NCBI GenBank assembly: GCA_051892535.1 | Contig: JBJFGI010000041.1 | Coordinates: 20,585-84,584, forward strand | Direction: 5' to 3' | Length of the DNA: 64,000 nt | DNA from: Candidatus Coproplasma sp. | Lineage (GTDB): Bacteria; Bacillota; Clostridia; Christensenellales; Borkfalkiaceae | In this document: in pieces, positions 37,748-45,413 of the stretch | Numbering within the stretch: the first letter of the stretch is position 1 | Layout: the number at the start of each line of letters is the position of its first letter | Translations under genes and position numbers: made by a program | Notes under the pieces: model-generated | Database searches by the model: none | What the model saw: only the letters and a program-made list of their open reading frames with translations | What the model was told of the DNA's origin: nothing

Positions 37748-39661
37748 TTACTCTTCCGAGGTACCCGTAGTTGTCGTATCTTCCGTAACGGGAGTTTCTT
37801 CTTCAGCCGTTGTATCTTCCGTAACGGAAGTTTCTTCGGTGGTTGCCGTTGTTTCTTCAACGGGTGTTGCCTCTGCGGTTGCCGTTGTCTCTTCTACGGG
37901 TGTAACTTCGGTAACTGCCGCTGCTTCTACTGCAACGGGAGTTGCTTCGGTAATTGCCGCTGTCTCTTCAACGGGAGTTGCCTCTGCGGTTGCCGTTGTC
38001 TCTTCTACGGGTGTAACTTCGGTAACTGCCGCTGCTTCTACTGCAACGGGAGTTGCTTCGGTAATTGCCGCTGTCTCTTCTTCTACGACGGGAGTTTCTT
38101 CCGCAGCTGCCGCCACCTCTTCAAAGAACTCTATGCGGAGCGAGGGAAGGCGGTAGAAAATCTTTTGAGGCTTTAACTGCCTTTCAAGCGCCTTGGGCAC
38201 GTTTGCAAGGTGGAGCGAAACGCAACCTACAAACGCCTGTCTGCCTATGCGCCTTACCGATTGAGGTATGTCTATTGCCACAAGCGATCTGCAGTTTAAA
38301 AAGGCTACTTCGCCGATATCCGTCAAGCCGTTGGGCAGGTTGATTTCACGCAGTTCATAGCAGTCTGCAAACGCCCATTCGCTGATTGATACGAGGGTTT
38401 TAGGCAATACCACCTTTTGCAGGTTTTCGCAGTGGGAGAATATACCCTCTGAAAGGGAAGTGATACTCTCGGGAATAACAATGCTTTCAAACGAAATGCA
38501 GAAGTCGAACGCCCTGCGGCTGATGGTCTTTAACGATGTGGGGAGTACAATCTCCTTTAACGCACTGCACGCCCTGAATGCGTCTGCACCGATAAATTCA
38601 AGCGAGTCGGGCAGGGTAATACTTTCAAGCGAACGGCACGAAGCGAATGCACCGTCGTCAATCATTTTCAGCGCCTGAGGCAGGTTGATTTTCGTGAGCT
38701 TATCGCACCACGAGAATGCGTTTTTGCCGATAGTGTTGAGTTCTTCGGGGAGTTCAACCGAGGTTATAGCGCAGTTAGAGAATGCGTCTGCACCGATAGA
38801 ACGGATATATACGGGCACCTTGATATCGGTTGCCGAACCGATATACTTAACCACCTTGTCCTCTTCGATTAAAAAGCCGTTGTCGTTGACGAGATTTTTA
38901 TGGGTTGCGCCTGCATCTCTATCCACCATGGGAATGATAGCCGACATTCTGTCCTCTAAGCTCTCGTCCTCGTCAATGCCGTCGAGGGTGATGTCTTCGT
39001 GAGGTCCTATCTCCTCTTCCTCTTCTTCCTCTTCTTCAACCTGCTCTTCGGGCTGTGCCTGTACGGGCTGTTCCTGTACGGGCTGCTCTTCGGAAACCTG
39101 TTCGGGTTGTTCCTCTTCCGTCTCCTGAACGGCGGATTGTTCTTCAACGACCTCTTCGGGTTCATCTTCGGGCGTGTTTTCAGGCTGGGCAGGCTGCTGT
39201 GTGGGAGCGACCTGTTGAACGATATTGTTGTTGACAATTACGTAACCGCCGAAACGGCCGACTGCGTCGAACATATCCTCGTCCCTTATTCCCGAACTTA
39301 AGTATGCGTCTACCGTGTCGAAGTAGTCGGAATAATCCTCGTCCTCCGCAGGTGCGTCGGGGGAGGCGTAAAAACGGAAATAGATATTTGCGTTTTCAGG
39401 GAACACCTTGCCGCCCTTTGCCCTTGCAAAAAGTCTGCCGGGAAGCGTGACGTCCTCTAAATTGTCACACCCGAAAAACGCCCCTTTGCCTATTGAAAGA
39501 AGCTTGTAGGGAAGGACTACCTTCCTTAAAGTTTTACAGCCGGCAAAGGCGAACGGCGCAATACGCAAAACGTCCTTGGGCAAAACAAGTTCTTCCGCCT
39601 TGCCCGTATACCTTAACACCGTAGCCTTTTCAATACGTAATCCGTTAATGTTTTCAGCCAT
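37748..39661 (-). CDS. BspA-type leucine-rich repeat protein with an acidic linker and T/E/A/V-rich C-terminal tandem repeats
   Basis: Repeated units of the form I...AF..C..L..I.LP in two blocks. A poly-E/Q/P linker separates them, and the C-terminus contains 37-aa tandem repeats. I see no signal peptide. Confidence 0.7.
   Translation of the reverse strand: MAENINGLRIEKATVLRYTGKAEELVLPKDVLRIAPFAFAGCKTLRKVVLPYKLLSIGKGAFFGCDNLEDVTLPGRLFARAKGGKVFPENANIYFRFYASPDAPAEDEDYSDYFDTVDAYLSSGIRDEDMFDAVGRFGGYVIVNNNIVQQVAPTQQPAQPENTPEDEPEEVVEEQSAVQETEEEQPEQVSEEQPVQEQPVQAQPEEQVEEEEEEEEEIGPHEDITLDGIDEDESLEDRMSAIIPMVDRDAGATHKNLVNDNGFLIEEDKVVKYIGSATDIKVPVYIRSIGADAFSNCAITSVELPEELNTIGKNAFSWCDKLTKINLPQALKMIDDGAFASCRSLESITLPDSLEFIGADAFRACSALKEIVLPTSLKTISRRAFDFCISFESIVIPESITSLSEGIFSHCENLQKVVLPKTLVSISEWAFADCYELREINLPNGLTDIGEVAFLNCRSLVAIDIPQSVRRIGRQAFVGCVSLHLANVPKALERQLKPQKIFYRLPSLRIEFFEEVAAAAEETPVVEEETAAITEATPVAVEAAAVTEVTPVEETTATAEATPVEETAAITEATPVAVEAAAVTEVTPVEETTATAEATPVEETTATTEETSVTEDTTAEEETPVTEDTTTTGTSEE
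37841..38085. repeat. Tandem 111-bp (37-codon) repeat, about 2.3 units, inside the LRR protein gene
   Basis: The units start at 37878 and 37989 and are identical over the first 96 nt or so. A partial unit begins at 37841. A separate 36-bp repeat lies at about 37775-37845. Confidence 0.9.
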
Positions 39662-39756
39662 AATTTTACCCCTTAATTGGACTAACTATATAATTTGGTA
39701 AGTTAAATTATAGCACATAACATTTTAAAAGTAAACGTTAATAATATAATTATTAT

Positions 39757-39798
39757 TAAAAAAGTAGGCACTAAACGCTTTTTTTACGTTTAGTGCCC
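39757..39798 (-). terminator. Rho-independent terminator of the pfl operon
   Basis: The minus strand reads ggcactaaacg-taaaaaaag-cgtttagtgcc followed by tactttttt. Confidence 0.8.
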
Positions 39799-39834
39799 GA
39801 ATAAATTAGCGAATATTAAATTTTTATGCACAAG

Positions 39835-40065
39835 TTACAAGCTCTCGTGAATGGTACGGGAGATAACCTCGTCCTGCTGTTCCTTTGTGAGCTTGTTGAA
39901 GTTTACCGCATAGCCCGATACCCTGATAGTGAGCTGAGGATACTTTTCGGGGTGTGCCTGTGCGTCGAGAAGGGTCTCCCTGTTGAAGACGTTGACGTTT
40001 AAATGATGACCGCCGTCTGCTACGTATGCGTCCAACATCGTTACTAAATTATCTGCTCTTGACAT
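39835..40065 (-). CDS. Glycyl-radical domain polypeptide (C-terminal 76 aa of pyruvate formate-lyase, GrcA-like) encoded as a separate ORF
   Basis: [45 protein letters not shown] is collinear with the E. coli PflB and GrcA C-termini and includes the radical glycine motif RVSGYAV. Its own AAGGAG SD lies 7 nt upstream of the ATG. Confidence 0.85.
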   Translation of the reverse strand: MSRADNLVTMLDAYVADGGHHLNVNVFNRETLLDAQAHPEKYPQLTIRVSGYAVNFNKLTKEQQDEVISRTIHESL

Positions 40066-40331
40066 ATCTGTTTTCTCCTTTTTGTTATTTTGTGTTGGTA
40101 GATGGAATTGCCCTTATCGCTAATTGTTTTAAACAAAAAATTCTTTGCTGAATTTATGGACAATTGTATTTGTAAATTTTTTGCTTTAAACCGCAAAGCG
40201 TCTTGAATAGAAGATTTTTGTTCCTGCCAAGGCGAGTGGTTGCAGGCGTACACGGACGTACGTCAAAACCGCTCAACGCCTGCAGGGGCGAAAAGATATA
40301 TTCAAGAAATTAGTGCTGAGGGTAATTTCGT
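40066..40331. repeat. Copy B of the structured repeat family, forming the 266-nt spacer that splits pflB (130-nt core at 40188-40317)
   Basis: It is homologous to 13731-13964. The core is 122/130 identical, and a second hairpin and a further block are also shared. It starts directly after the TAG that ends the 676-aa ORF. Confidence 0.85.
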
Positions 40332-42362
40332 CTACTCGTCTTTGCCTAAGCTTGCAGGGGTTACCGAGAAGGTGTTGGAAATGCCGTCTCTGCTGTATTC
40401 GTAGGGCAGTTTTGCAACCGACTCCAGCGAAGCCAGAGCGCCGTTCGTATCCCTGCCGTGCATGGGGTTGGCACCGGGGGCTAAGGGGGTTCCCGCCCTT
40501 CTTCCGTCGGGGGTGTTGCCCGTCTTTTTGCCGTAGACTACGTTGGAGGTAATTGTCAGAATCGAAGTCGTGGGAATGGAGTTGCGGTAGGTATAGTGGC
40601 TTGATATCTTGCTCATAAAGGTCTTGACCAGCCATACCGCTATATCGTCCGCCCTGTCGTCGTTGTTGCCGTACTTGGGGAAGTCGCCTTCCGTCCTGAA
40701 ATCAACTACCAACCCGTCCTCGTTGCGGATGGGATATACCTTGGCGTACTTGATTGCGGAGAGCGAGTCGACCGCACAGCTTAAGCCTGCTATACCCGTT
40801 GCAAAGAAACGGCGTACGTTGGTGTCGTGCAGCGCCATTTCAAGCGCCTCGTAGGAATATTTATCGTGCATATAGTGTATGAGATTTAATGTGTTGACGT
40901 ATAGACCTGCAAGCCAATCCATCATCTGCTCGTACTTCTCTATTACGTCCGCATAATCGAGGGCGCCGTCGCCTGTGATAGGTGCGTATTTGGGGGATAC
41001 TTGCAGGGGTTTGCCCGTCTTTTTGTCACGGGTGAGCTCGTCTGCGCCGCCGTTGATTGCATATAAAAGGCACTTTGCAAGGTTAGCCCTTGCGCCGAAG
41101 AACTGCATGTCTTTACCCACTCTCATACAGCTTACGCAGCAGGCTATGCAGTAGTCGTCACCCATCTCGGGTCTCATCAAATCGTCGCTCTCGTACTGAA
41201 TCGCAGACGTTTCGATAGACGTCTCTGCGCAGAATTTCTTAAATGCGTAGGGCAGATTTTTAGACCAGAGGACGGTGAGGTTGGGCTCGGGTGCAGGACC
41301 TAAATTTTTTAAGGTGTGGAGAATTCTGAATGAACTCTTGGTGACCAACGTTCTGCCGTCTATACCCATACCGCCGATTGACTCGGTTACCCAGGTGGGA
41401 TCGCCTGAGAACAGCTCGTTGTAGTCCTTGATACGCATAAACTTAACAATCCTCAGCTTCATTACGAAGTGGTCGATAAGCTCCTGCGCCTCTACTTCGG
41501 TTAACCTGCCCTCCTTTATATCCCTTTCGATATAGATGTCGAGGAAGGTGGAGTTTCTGCCGATGGACATCGCTGCGCCGTTCTGATCCTTGACCGCACC
41601 GAGATAGCCGAAGTACAGCGCCTGAATAGCCTCCTGTGCGGTGCGTGCAGGCTTGGAGATATCCTTGCCGTAGATCTGCGCCATCTCCTTTAAGGCTTTA
41701 AGGGCTTTAATCTGGTCGGAGAGCTCCTCCCTGTCCCTTACCCTGTCGGGGGTCATATCGCCGAGCATTAACTCCTTATCGTGCTCTTTATGCTTGATAA
41801 GGTAGTCCACGCCGTAGAGGGCAACCCTTCTGTAGTCGCCTACGATTCTGCCCCTGCCGTACGTGTCGGGCAGACCGGTGAGGATATGTGCAGTACGGGC
41901 ACGGCGCATTTCGGGAGTATAGGCGTCGTACACACCGTCGTTGTGCGTCTTGCGGTACTTGGTGAATATGTCCTTGACCTCGCTGTCGAGCTCGTAGCCG
42001 TACATATTCAGCGCCTGCTCGCTCATCTTAATGCCGCCGAAGGGCTGAAGGGCACGTTTAAAGGGCTCGTCGGTCTGTAAACCGACAATCTTTTCAAGGT
42101 CTTTATCTATATACCCTGCGCCGTGGCTGGTGAGCGTGGAGATGGTTCTTACGTCGGCTTTTAATACACCGCCAGCCTCCCTCTCCTTTTTGGTAAGTTC
42201 CATAACCTCCGCCCAGAGCTTTTTAGTCGCTTCGGTGGCGTCGGCTAAAAAGCTCCCGTCGCCTTCATAGGGGGTGTAGTTGTGCTGAATAAAGTCCCTT
42301 ACGTTTACTTCGTCTTCGCTCCATTTACCGGGCGTAAAGCCCTCCCATTGTTCAAACTGCAT
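40332..42362 (-). CDS. pflB: Pyruvate formate-lyase, N-terminal 676 aa (catalytic barrel, lacks the glycyl-radical domain)
   Basis: It is collinear with PflB and contains the catalytic Cys-Cys motif (IACCVSCM). It ends ...SLGKDE-TAG, where E. coli PflB continues GKDDEVRKTNLAGL. Confidence 0.9.
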   Translation of the reverse strand: MQFEQWEGFTPGKWSEDEVNVRDFIQHNYTPYEGDGSFLADATEATKKLWAEVMELTKKEREAGGVLKADVRTISTLTSHGAGYIDKDLEKIVGLQTDEPFKRALQPFGGIKMSEQALNMYGYELDSEVKDIFTKYRKTHNDGVYDAYTPEMRRARTAHILTGLPDTYGRGRIVGDYRRVALYGVDYLIKHKEHDKELMLGDMTPDRVRDREELSDQIKALKALKEMAQIYGKDISKPARTAQEAIQALYFGYLGAVKDQNGAAMSIGRNSTFLDIYIERDIKEGRLTEVEAQELIDHFVMKLRIVKFMRIKDYNELFSGDPTWVTESIGGMGIDGRTLVTKSSFRILHTLKNLGPAPEPNLTVLWSKNLPYAFKKFCAETSIETSAIQYESDDLMRPEMGDDYCIACCVSCMRVGKDMQFFGARANLAKCLLYAINGGADELTRDKKTGKPLQVSPKYAPITGDGALDYADVIEKYEQMMDWLAGLYVNTLNLIHYMHDKYSYEALEMALHDTNVRRFFATGIAGLSCAVDSLSAIKYAKVYPIRNEDGLVVDFRTEGDFPKYGNNDDRADDIAVWLVKTFMSKISSHYTYRNSIPTTSILTITSNVVYGKKTGNTPDGRRAGTPLAPGANPMHGRDTNGALASLESVAKLPYEYSRDGISNTFSVTPASLGKDE

Positions 42363-42404
42363 CTTTATATCCTCTTTAAAGTTTTTCCGTTTAGTTTGTG
42401 TGGT

Positions 42405-42680
42405 TTAACCTAATTTGGCTTCCACCCAGAGCTCTAAAATCTCCTGCGGTTGATAGCCCGAACACTGTGCTAAAATTTTGCCTTCGTCCCATAATATTAT
42501 GGAGGGAATGCGGTCTACGTTAAAATTTTTAACCTGCTCCGCATCCTCTTCAATATCAAGCTTTACGAAGTTTAAATTAAAGCTTTCGGCGACCGCTTTG
42601 CAGTTGGGCATAACCGCCAGACAGCCTACGCAACTGTCGCCGCCAATCTCTATTAAACACTTTCCCTTTAATTCTTTCAA
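42405..42680 (-). CDS. Thioredoxin-fold protein with a CVGC motif
   Basis: 91 aa with a CxxC motif at positions 17-20 and a cis-Pro-like RIPS segment, lying between pflA and pflB. Confidence 0.55.
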   Translation of the reverse strand: MKELKGKCLIEIGGDSCVGCLAVMPNCKAVAESFNLNFVKLDIEEDAEQVKNFNVDRIPSIILWDEGKILAQCSGYQPQEILELWVEAKLG

Positions 42681-42684
42681 CTCG

Positions 42685-43404
42685 TCACCTGTTGCAAAGT
42701 ATCGCCTTTGCGTTTTTTACCCTCTCCGCCGTGGGAGGCTGTACCCCCTCGAGCGGATAGCTCAGCCCAAGCTTTTCATACTTGACGACGCCCATCGTGT
42801 GGTAGGGCAGAATCTCTACCTTTTCCACCGTCTTTAAGCTTCCGATAAAATCCGAAAGGCTATATAGGTATTCGTCGTTATCGGTTATCCCCGGCACTAA
42901 TACGTGCCTTATCCACATCGGCTTGCCTATGTCGGAGAGGTGTCGGGCAAAGGCTAAGATATTTTTATTGTCCCTCTCCGTGAGGCGTTTATGCTCCTCG
43001 GGGTCGATATGCTTGATATCAAGTAAGACAAGGTCGGTATAGCTTAACAGCCCGTCTATCCCGTCTTTGTTCGCCTCGGAGAATACCGCGCCCGAAGTGT
43101 CTAACGCTGTGTGAACGCCGTTTGCCTTAAGTAAAGAAAACAGCTCCTTGACAAACTCCGTCTGAAGCAGGGGCTCGCCGCCGGAGACGGTGACTCCTCC
43201 GCCGTTTGCAAAATAGTTTTTATACCTAAGTGCGTTTTTTGCAACCTGTTCCGCCGTGTACTCCGTACCGCCGCTCACTGCCCAGGTGTCGGGGTTGTGG
43301 CAGTATTTACACCGCATAGGGCAGCCCTGCATAAACACTACGAACCTTATTCCCGGCCCGTCTACGGTGCCGAACGATTCAAACGAATGTATCCGCCCTG
43401 TCAC
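42685..43404 (-). CDS. pflA: Pyruvate formate-lyase activating enzyme (radical SAM)
   Basis: DGPGIRFVVFMQGCPMRCKYCHNPDTW and GGVTVSGGEPLLQ motifs. It has a GTG start with an AAGGGGG SD. Confidence 0.9.
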   Translation of the reverse strand: MTGRIHSFESFGTVDGPGIRFVVFMQGCPMRCKYCHNPDTWAVSGGTEYTAEQVAKNALRYKNYFANGGGVTVSGGEPLLQTEFVKELFSLLKANGVHTALDTSGAVFSEANKDGIDGLLSYTDLVLLDIKHIDPEEHKRLTERDNKNILAFARHLSDIGKPMWIRHVLVPGITDNDEYLYSLSDFIGSLKTVEKVEILPYHTMGVVKYEKLGLSYPLEGVQPPTAERVKNAKAILCNR

Positions 43405-43429
43405 TTTTTACCCCCTTAAATCACCCGTT

Positions 43430-43584
43430 AAAAAAAGGGCAATCTACTTAAATTACCTTTAAGTGATTTGCCCAGACGAACGGCTAAAAAAGGTTATCAA
43501 GACGAAAAGTCGAAAAATCCACTTTGCCTTACGCCACTCCCCTGCGGTAATTTCCGCTAATGCCTCGTCAGTTATGGCGCACCC
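43430..43584 (-). promoter_or_regulatory. ZTP (pfl-motif) riboswitch with an intrinsic-terminator expression platform
   Basis: The minus strand has P1 GCGCCA/UGGCGU, a junction UAACUGACGA, P2 GCGG-AAAUUA-CCGC, then AGGGGAG. After a linker comes CCGUUCGUCUGGGCA. For comparison, the Thermosinus aptamer as I recall it reads UGACUGGCGAA...GUGGGAAACCAC-CGGGGAG...CCGCCUGGGC. The GGGCAA is the 5' arm of a roughly 15-bp terminator followed by U7 (43430-43473), directly upstream of the pflA SD. Confidence 0.75.
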
Positions 43585-43599
43585 TTGATTTGTGAAATG

Positions 43600-43629
43600 A
43601 TTATAGCACACCCCCATTTACGTTGTCAA
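43600..43629 (-). promoter_or_regulatory. Sigma-A type promoter (extended -10) of the pfl operon
   Basis: On the minus strand, TTGACA at 43629-43624, an 18-nt spacer, then TGCTATAAT with the hexamer at 43605-43600. Confidence 0.65.
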
Positions 43630-43699
43630 TAGTTTTATATCAAAATATTGATTGAAATTTTTTACCAAAACACAACATATTGTGGTTAGGCGTAACAAT

Positions 43700-43898
43700 C
43701 TCTACCCCTAATTGTTCTAAGCGAAAAATTCAAGCGTTCCGCTTGACCAGAGTATCTTAATTGCTGGTGGATTGATTGTATAATCACTAATCAAACAAAT
43801 CCTTTTGCAGTACGTCACTGTTCAGCTGCAAGAACATCCACAACTTTCTCTTTGAATTTTTCAGCTTATAACCGCAAAGCGTCTTGAATAGAAGTGCT
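43700..43898. repeat. Copy C of the repeat family, lacking the core hairpin and carrying an enlarged second-hairpin loop
   Basis: 43864-43898 (gcttataaccgcaaagcgtcttgaatagaagtgct) matches both flanks of the core in copies A and B joined together. The second-hairpin arms (aagcgaaaaatt at 43720-43731 and aatttttcagctt at 43856-43868) and the taattgtt block are shared. It starts 29 nt after the spoVAC stop. Confidence 0.6.
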
Positions 43899-43927
43899 AT
43901 AATTTGCCATATATTAGCCATATTTTG

Positions 43928-44377
43928 TTAAATAAAGGAATATATAAGCCCGACCAGCACTCCCGAAAACACGCCGAAGACTATTATTGCACCTGCAACG
44001 GTGAACATCTTCGCCGCCATACCGTATATCCAGCCCTCGGTTTTGAACTCTATCGCAGGGGAGGCGACCGAGTTGGCAAAGCCCGTGATGGGTACGATTG
44101 AGCCTGCGCCTGCGTACCTGCCTATTCTGTCGTATACCCCTAAGCCCGTTAAAAGGCAGCCGAAAAATATGAGTATTGCCGAGACCGAGCCTGCAAGCAC
44201 GTCGCCCGACAGCCCTGCAAATTCCAGCATATAGCGGAAGAACTGACCTATACAGCAGATAAATCCGCCCACGCCGAAAGCGGCAAGACAGTTTTTGAAA
44301 TGCTTTGTCGGCGGATCCTGCGCATTGACGTAGTTTAAATAATTGGCGTTAAAATTGTCCCTATGCTTTCCAGTCAT
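43928..44377 (-). CDS. spoVAC: Stage V sporulation protein AC
   Basis: It is collinear with B. subtilis SpoVAC (KNCLAAFGVGGFICCIGQ, GLGVYDRIGRYAGAGSIVPITGFANS). Confidence 0.85.
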   Translation of the reverse strand: MTGKHRDNFNANYLNYVNAQDPPTKHFKNCLAAFGVGGFICCIGQFFRYMLEFAGLSGDVLAGSVSAILIFFGCLLTGLGVYDRIGRYAGAGSIVPITGFANSVASPAIEFKTEGWIYGMAAKMFTVAGAIIVFGVFSGVLVGLIYSFI

Positions 44378-44469
44378 TTTTTTGCCCCGTCTGCTTTACT
44401 CCCTTGTACAGCGTCTCCCTCTCGTCACGGCGTGATAAATCGTACTCCTTTTTCAACGTAGCCCTCATA

Positions 44470-45360
44470 TTATTGCTTAAACATCTTAGCGTTTAAGTAT
44501 GCCGTGAATTTTTCGGGCATAACCCTTGTGGCAAACCTTTTAACAGTGTTTTTAGCTCCGCACGTCTTGATTATGGGAGGGTTTTCCTCTGTCAATATCC
44601 CGTAGATATCCTCGGCTACACGGCAGGGCTTCATACCGCTCTGCTCCATATTGGCGAGAGCGGCTACCGCCCTGTTGACGGGTTTGGAGTACGAGCCGTT
44701 CTCCTCCTCCGAATACACCTTTCTCTTGAACGAAAAGTTGGTTGCCGTACCTCCCGGCAGCAGCGCAGTGGTCGAAATGCGGTAGGGCGACAGCTCTATG
44801 TTAGCCGAACGGGCGAGCATCTCCAGCGCAGCTTTGCTGCAGGAGTAGAAGGCGTCGAACACAATGGGCACGTCGCCGCCCAAAGAGCCGACTAAAACTA
44901 TCTTGCCACCCCTCTTCTTCATATGGGGGATAGCCGCCTGCATCGCCTTTAACGCACCGAAGTAGTTTACCTCGAAAAGGTATTTGTAATCGCTCTCCTT
45001 TGCGTGTTCGATAGGTGCTGCCATTGAAAACCCTGCGCAGTACACAAGTGCCGACAGCCCGTACTTTTTGGCGGTTGCGCCTATTGCGTCGAACGCCTCC
45101 GACCCAAACGCCACGTCTGCCGTTACGTTGTTGACCTTTGCATTCTTGCAGGGTGTGCGTGATATATTGGTTACCGCCCAACCACGGTTAACCAGACGGT
45201 TGCAGGTTTCGTAACCTATTCCCGAGCTTCCGCCCACTACCACTGCGGAGGGGCGAACTACCTTTGCTTTACTCTTATTTTCCATACCCATAGTTTGGTA
45301 AATGCGTAAGAAATTATGCGTTGCAATCTTTGATTTAACCGATTGGGGAGGTTTTTGCAT
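44470..45360 (-). CDS. SDR-family oxidoreductase
   Basis: VVGGSSGIGYE and YSCSKAA motifs. The true start is uncertain (ATG at 45360, 45291 or 45285), and none of these has a clear SD. Confidence 0.7.
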   Translation of the reverse strand: MQKPPQSVKSKIATHNFLRIYQTMGMENKSKAKVVRPSAVVVGGSSGIGYETCNRLVNRGWAVTNISRTPCKNAKVNNVTADVAFGSEAFDAIGATAKKYGLSALVYCAGFSMAAPIEHAKESDYKYLFEVNYFGALKAMQAAIPHMKKRGGKIVLVGSLGGDVPIVFDAFYSCSKAALEMLARSANIELSPYRISTTALLPGGTATNFSFKRKVYSEEENGSYSKPVNRAVAALANMEQSGMKPCRVAEDIYGILTEENPPIIKTCGAKNTVKRFATRVMPEKFTAYLNAKMFKQ

Positions 45361-45413
45361 ACTATGTAGGGCATAGCCATATTTAGGCTAATACTTTTAC
45401 GGGAGCAAAAGTT

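Noticed and set aside
37721-38176. Cys-rich repeat ORFs on the plus strand (37721..38176 and 37839..38156) opposite the LRR gene
   Set aside because: They are mirror-image translations of the tandem 111-bp repeat. They have no start context and lie entirely within a well-supported minus-strand CDS.
40066-40331. Self-splicing group I or group II intron interrupting pflB. Joining ...GAG-T to AT-ATG... would keep the reading frame, and the GTACG hairpin looks superficially like group II domain V.
   Set aside because: The same sequence fills an ordinary intergenic gap between two unrelated genes (rlmH and the M14 peptidase). The fold is essentially two hairpins, with none of the P3-P9 or P/Q/R/S core of group I introns. 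There is no AGC-triad domain V with a bulge and no intron-encoded protein. The downstream ORF also has its own SD and ATG. A frame-preserving junction arises by chance one time in three. Only cDNA data could fully exclude splicing.
40305-40334. UAG recoding (pyrrolysine or readthrough) with the conserved downstream structure acting as a PYLIS-like element, since both full repeat copies start right after a TAG.
   Set aside because: Reading through the pflB TAG meets a TGA nine codons later. The rlmH product already ends at its normal C-terminus (…EYHK). No pyl genes are visible in the window.
44358-44468. 36-aa ORF (MRATLKKEYDLSRRDERETLYKGVKQTGQKNDWKA) between the SDR gene and spoVAC
   Set aside because: It has no SD, it overlaps the spoVAC start out of frame, and it has no recognisable features. 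It is most likely just the spoVAC 5' untranslated region.
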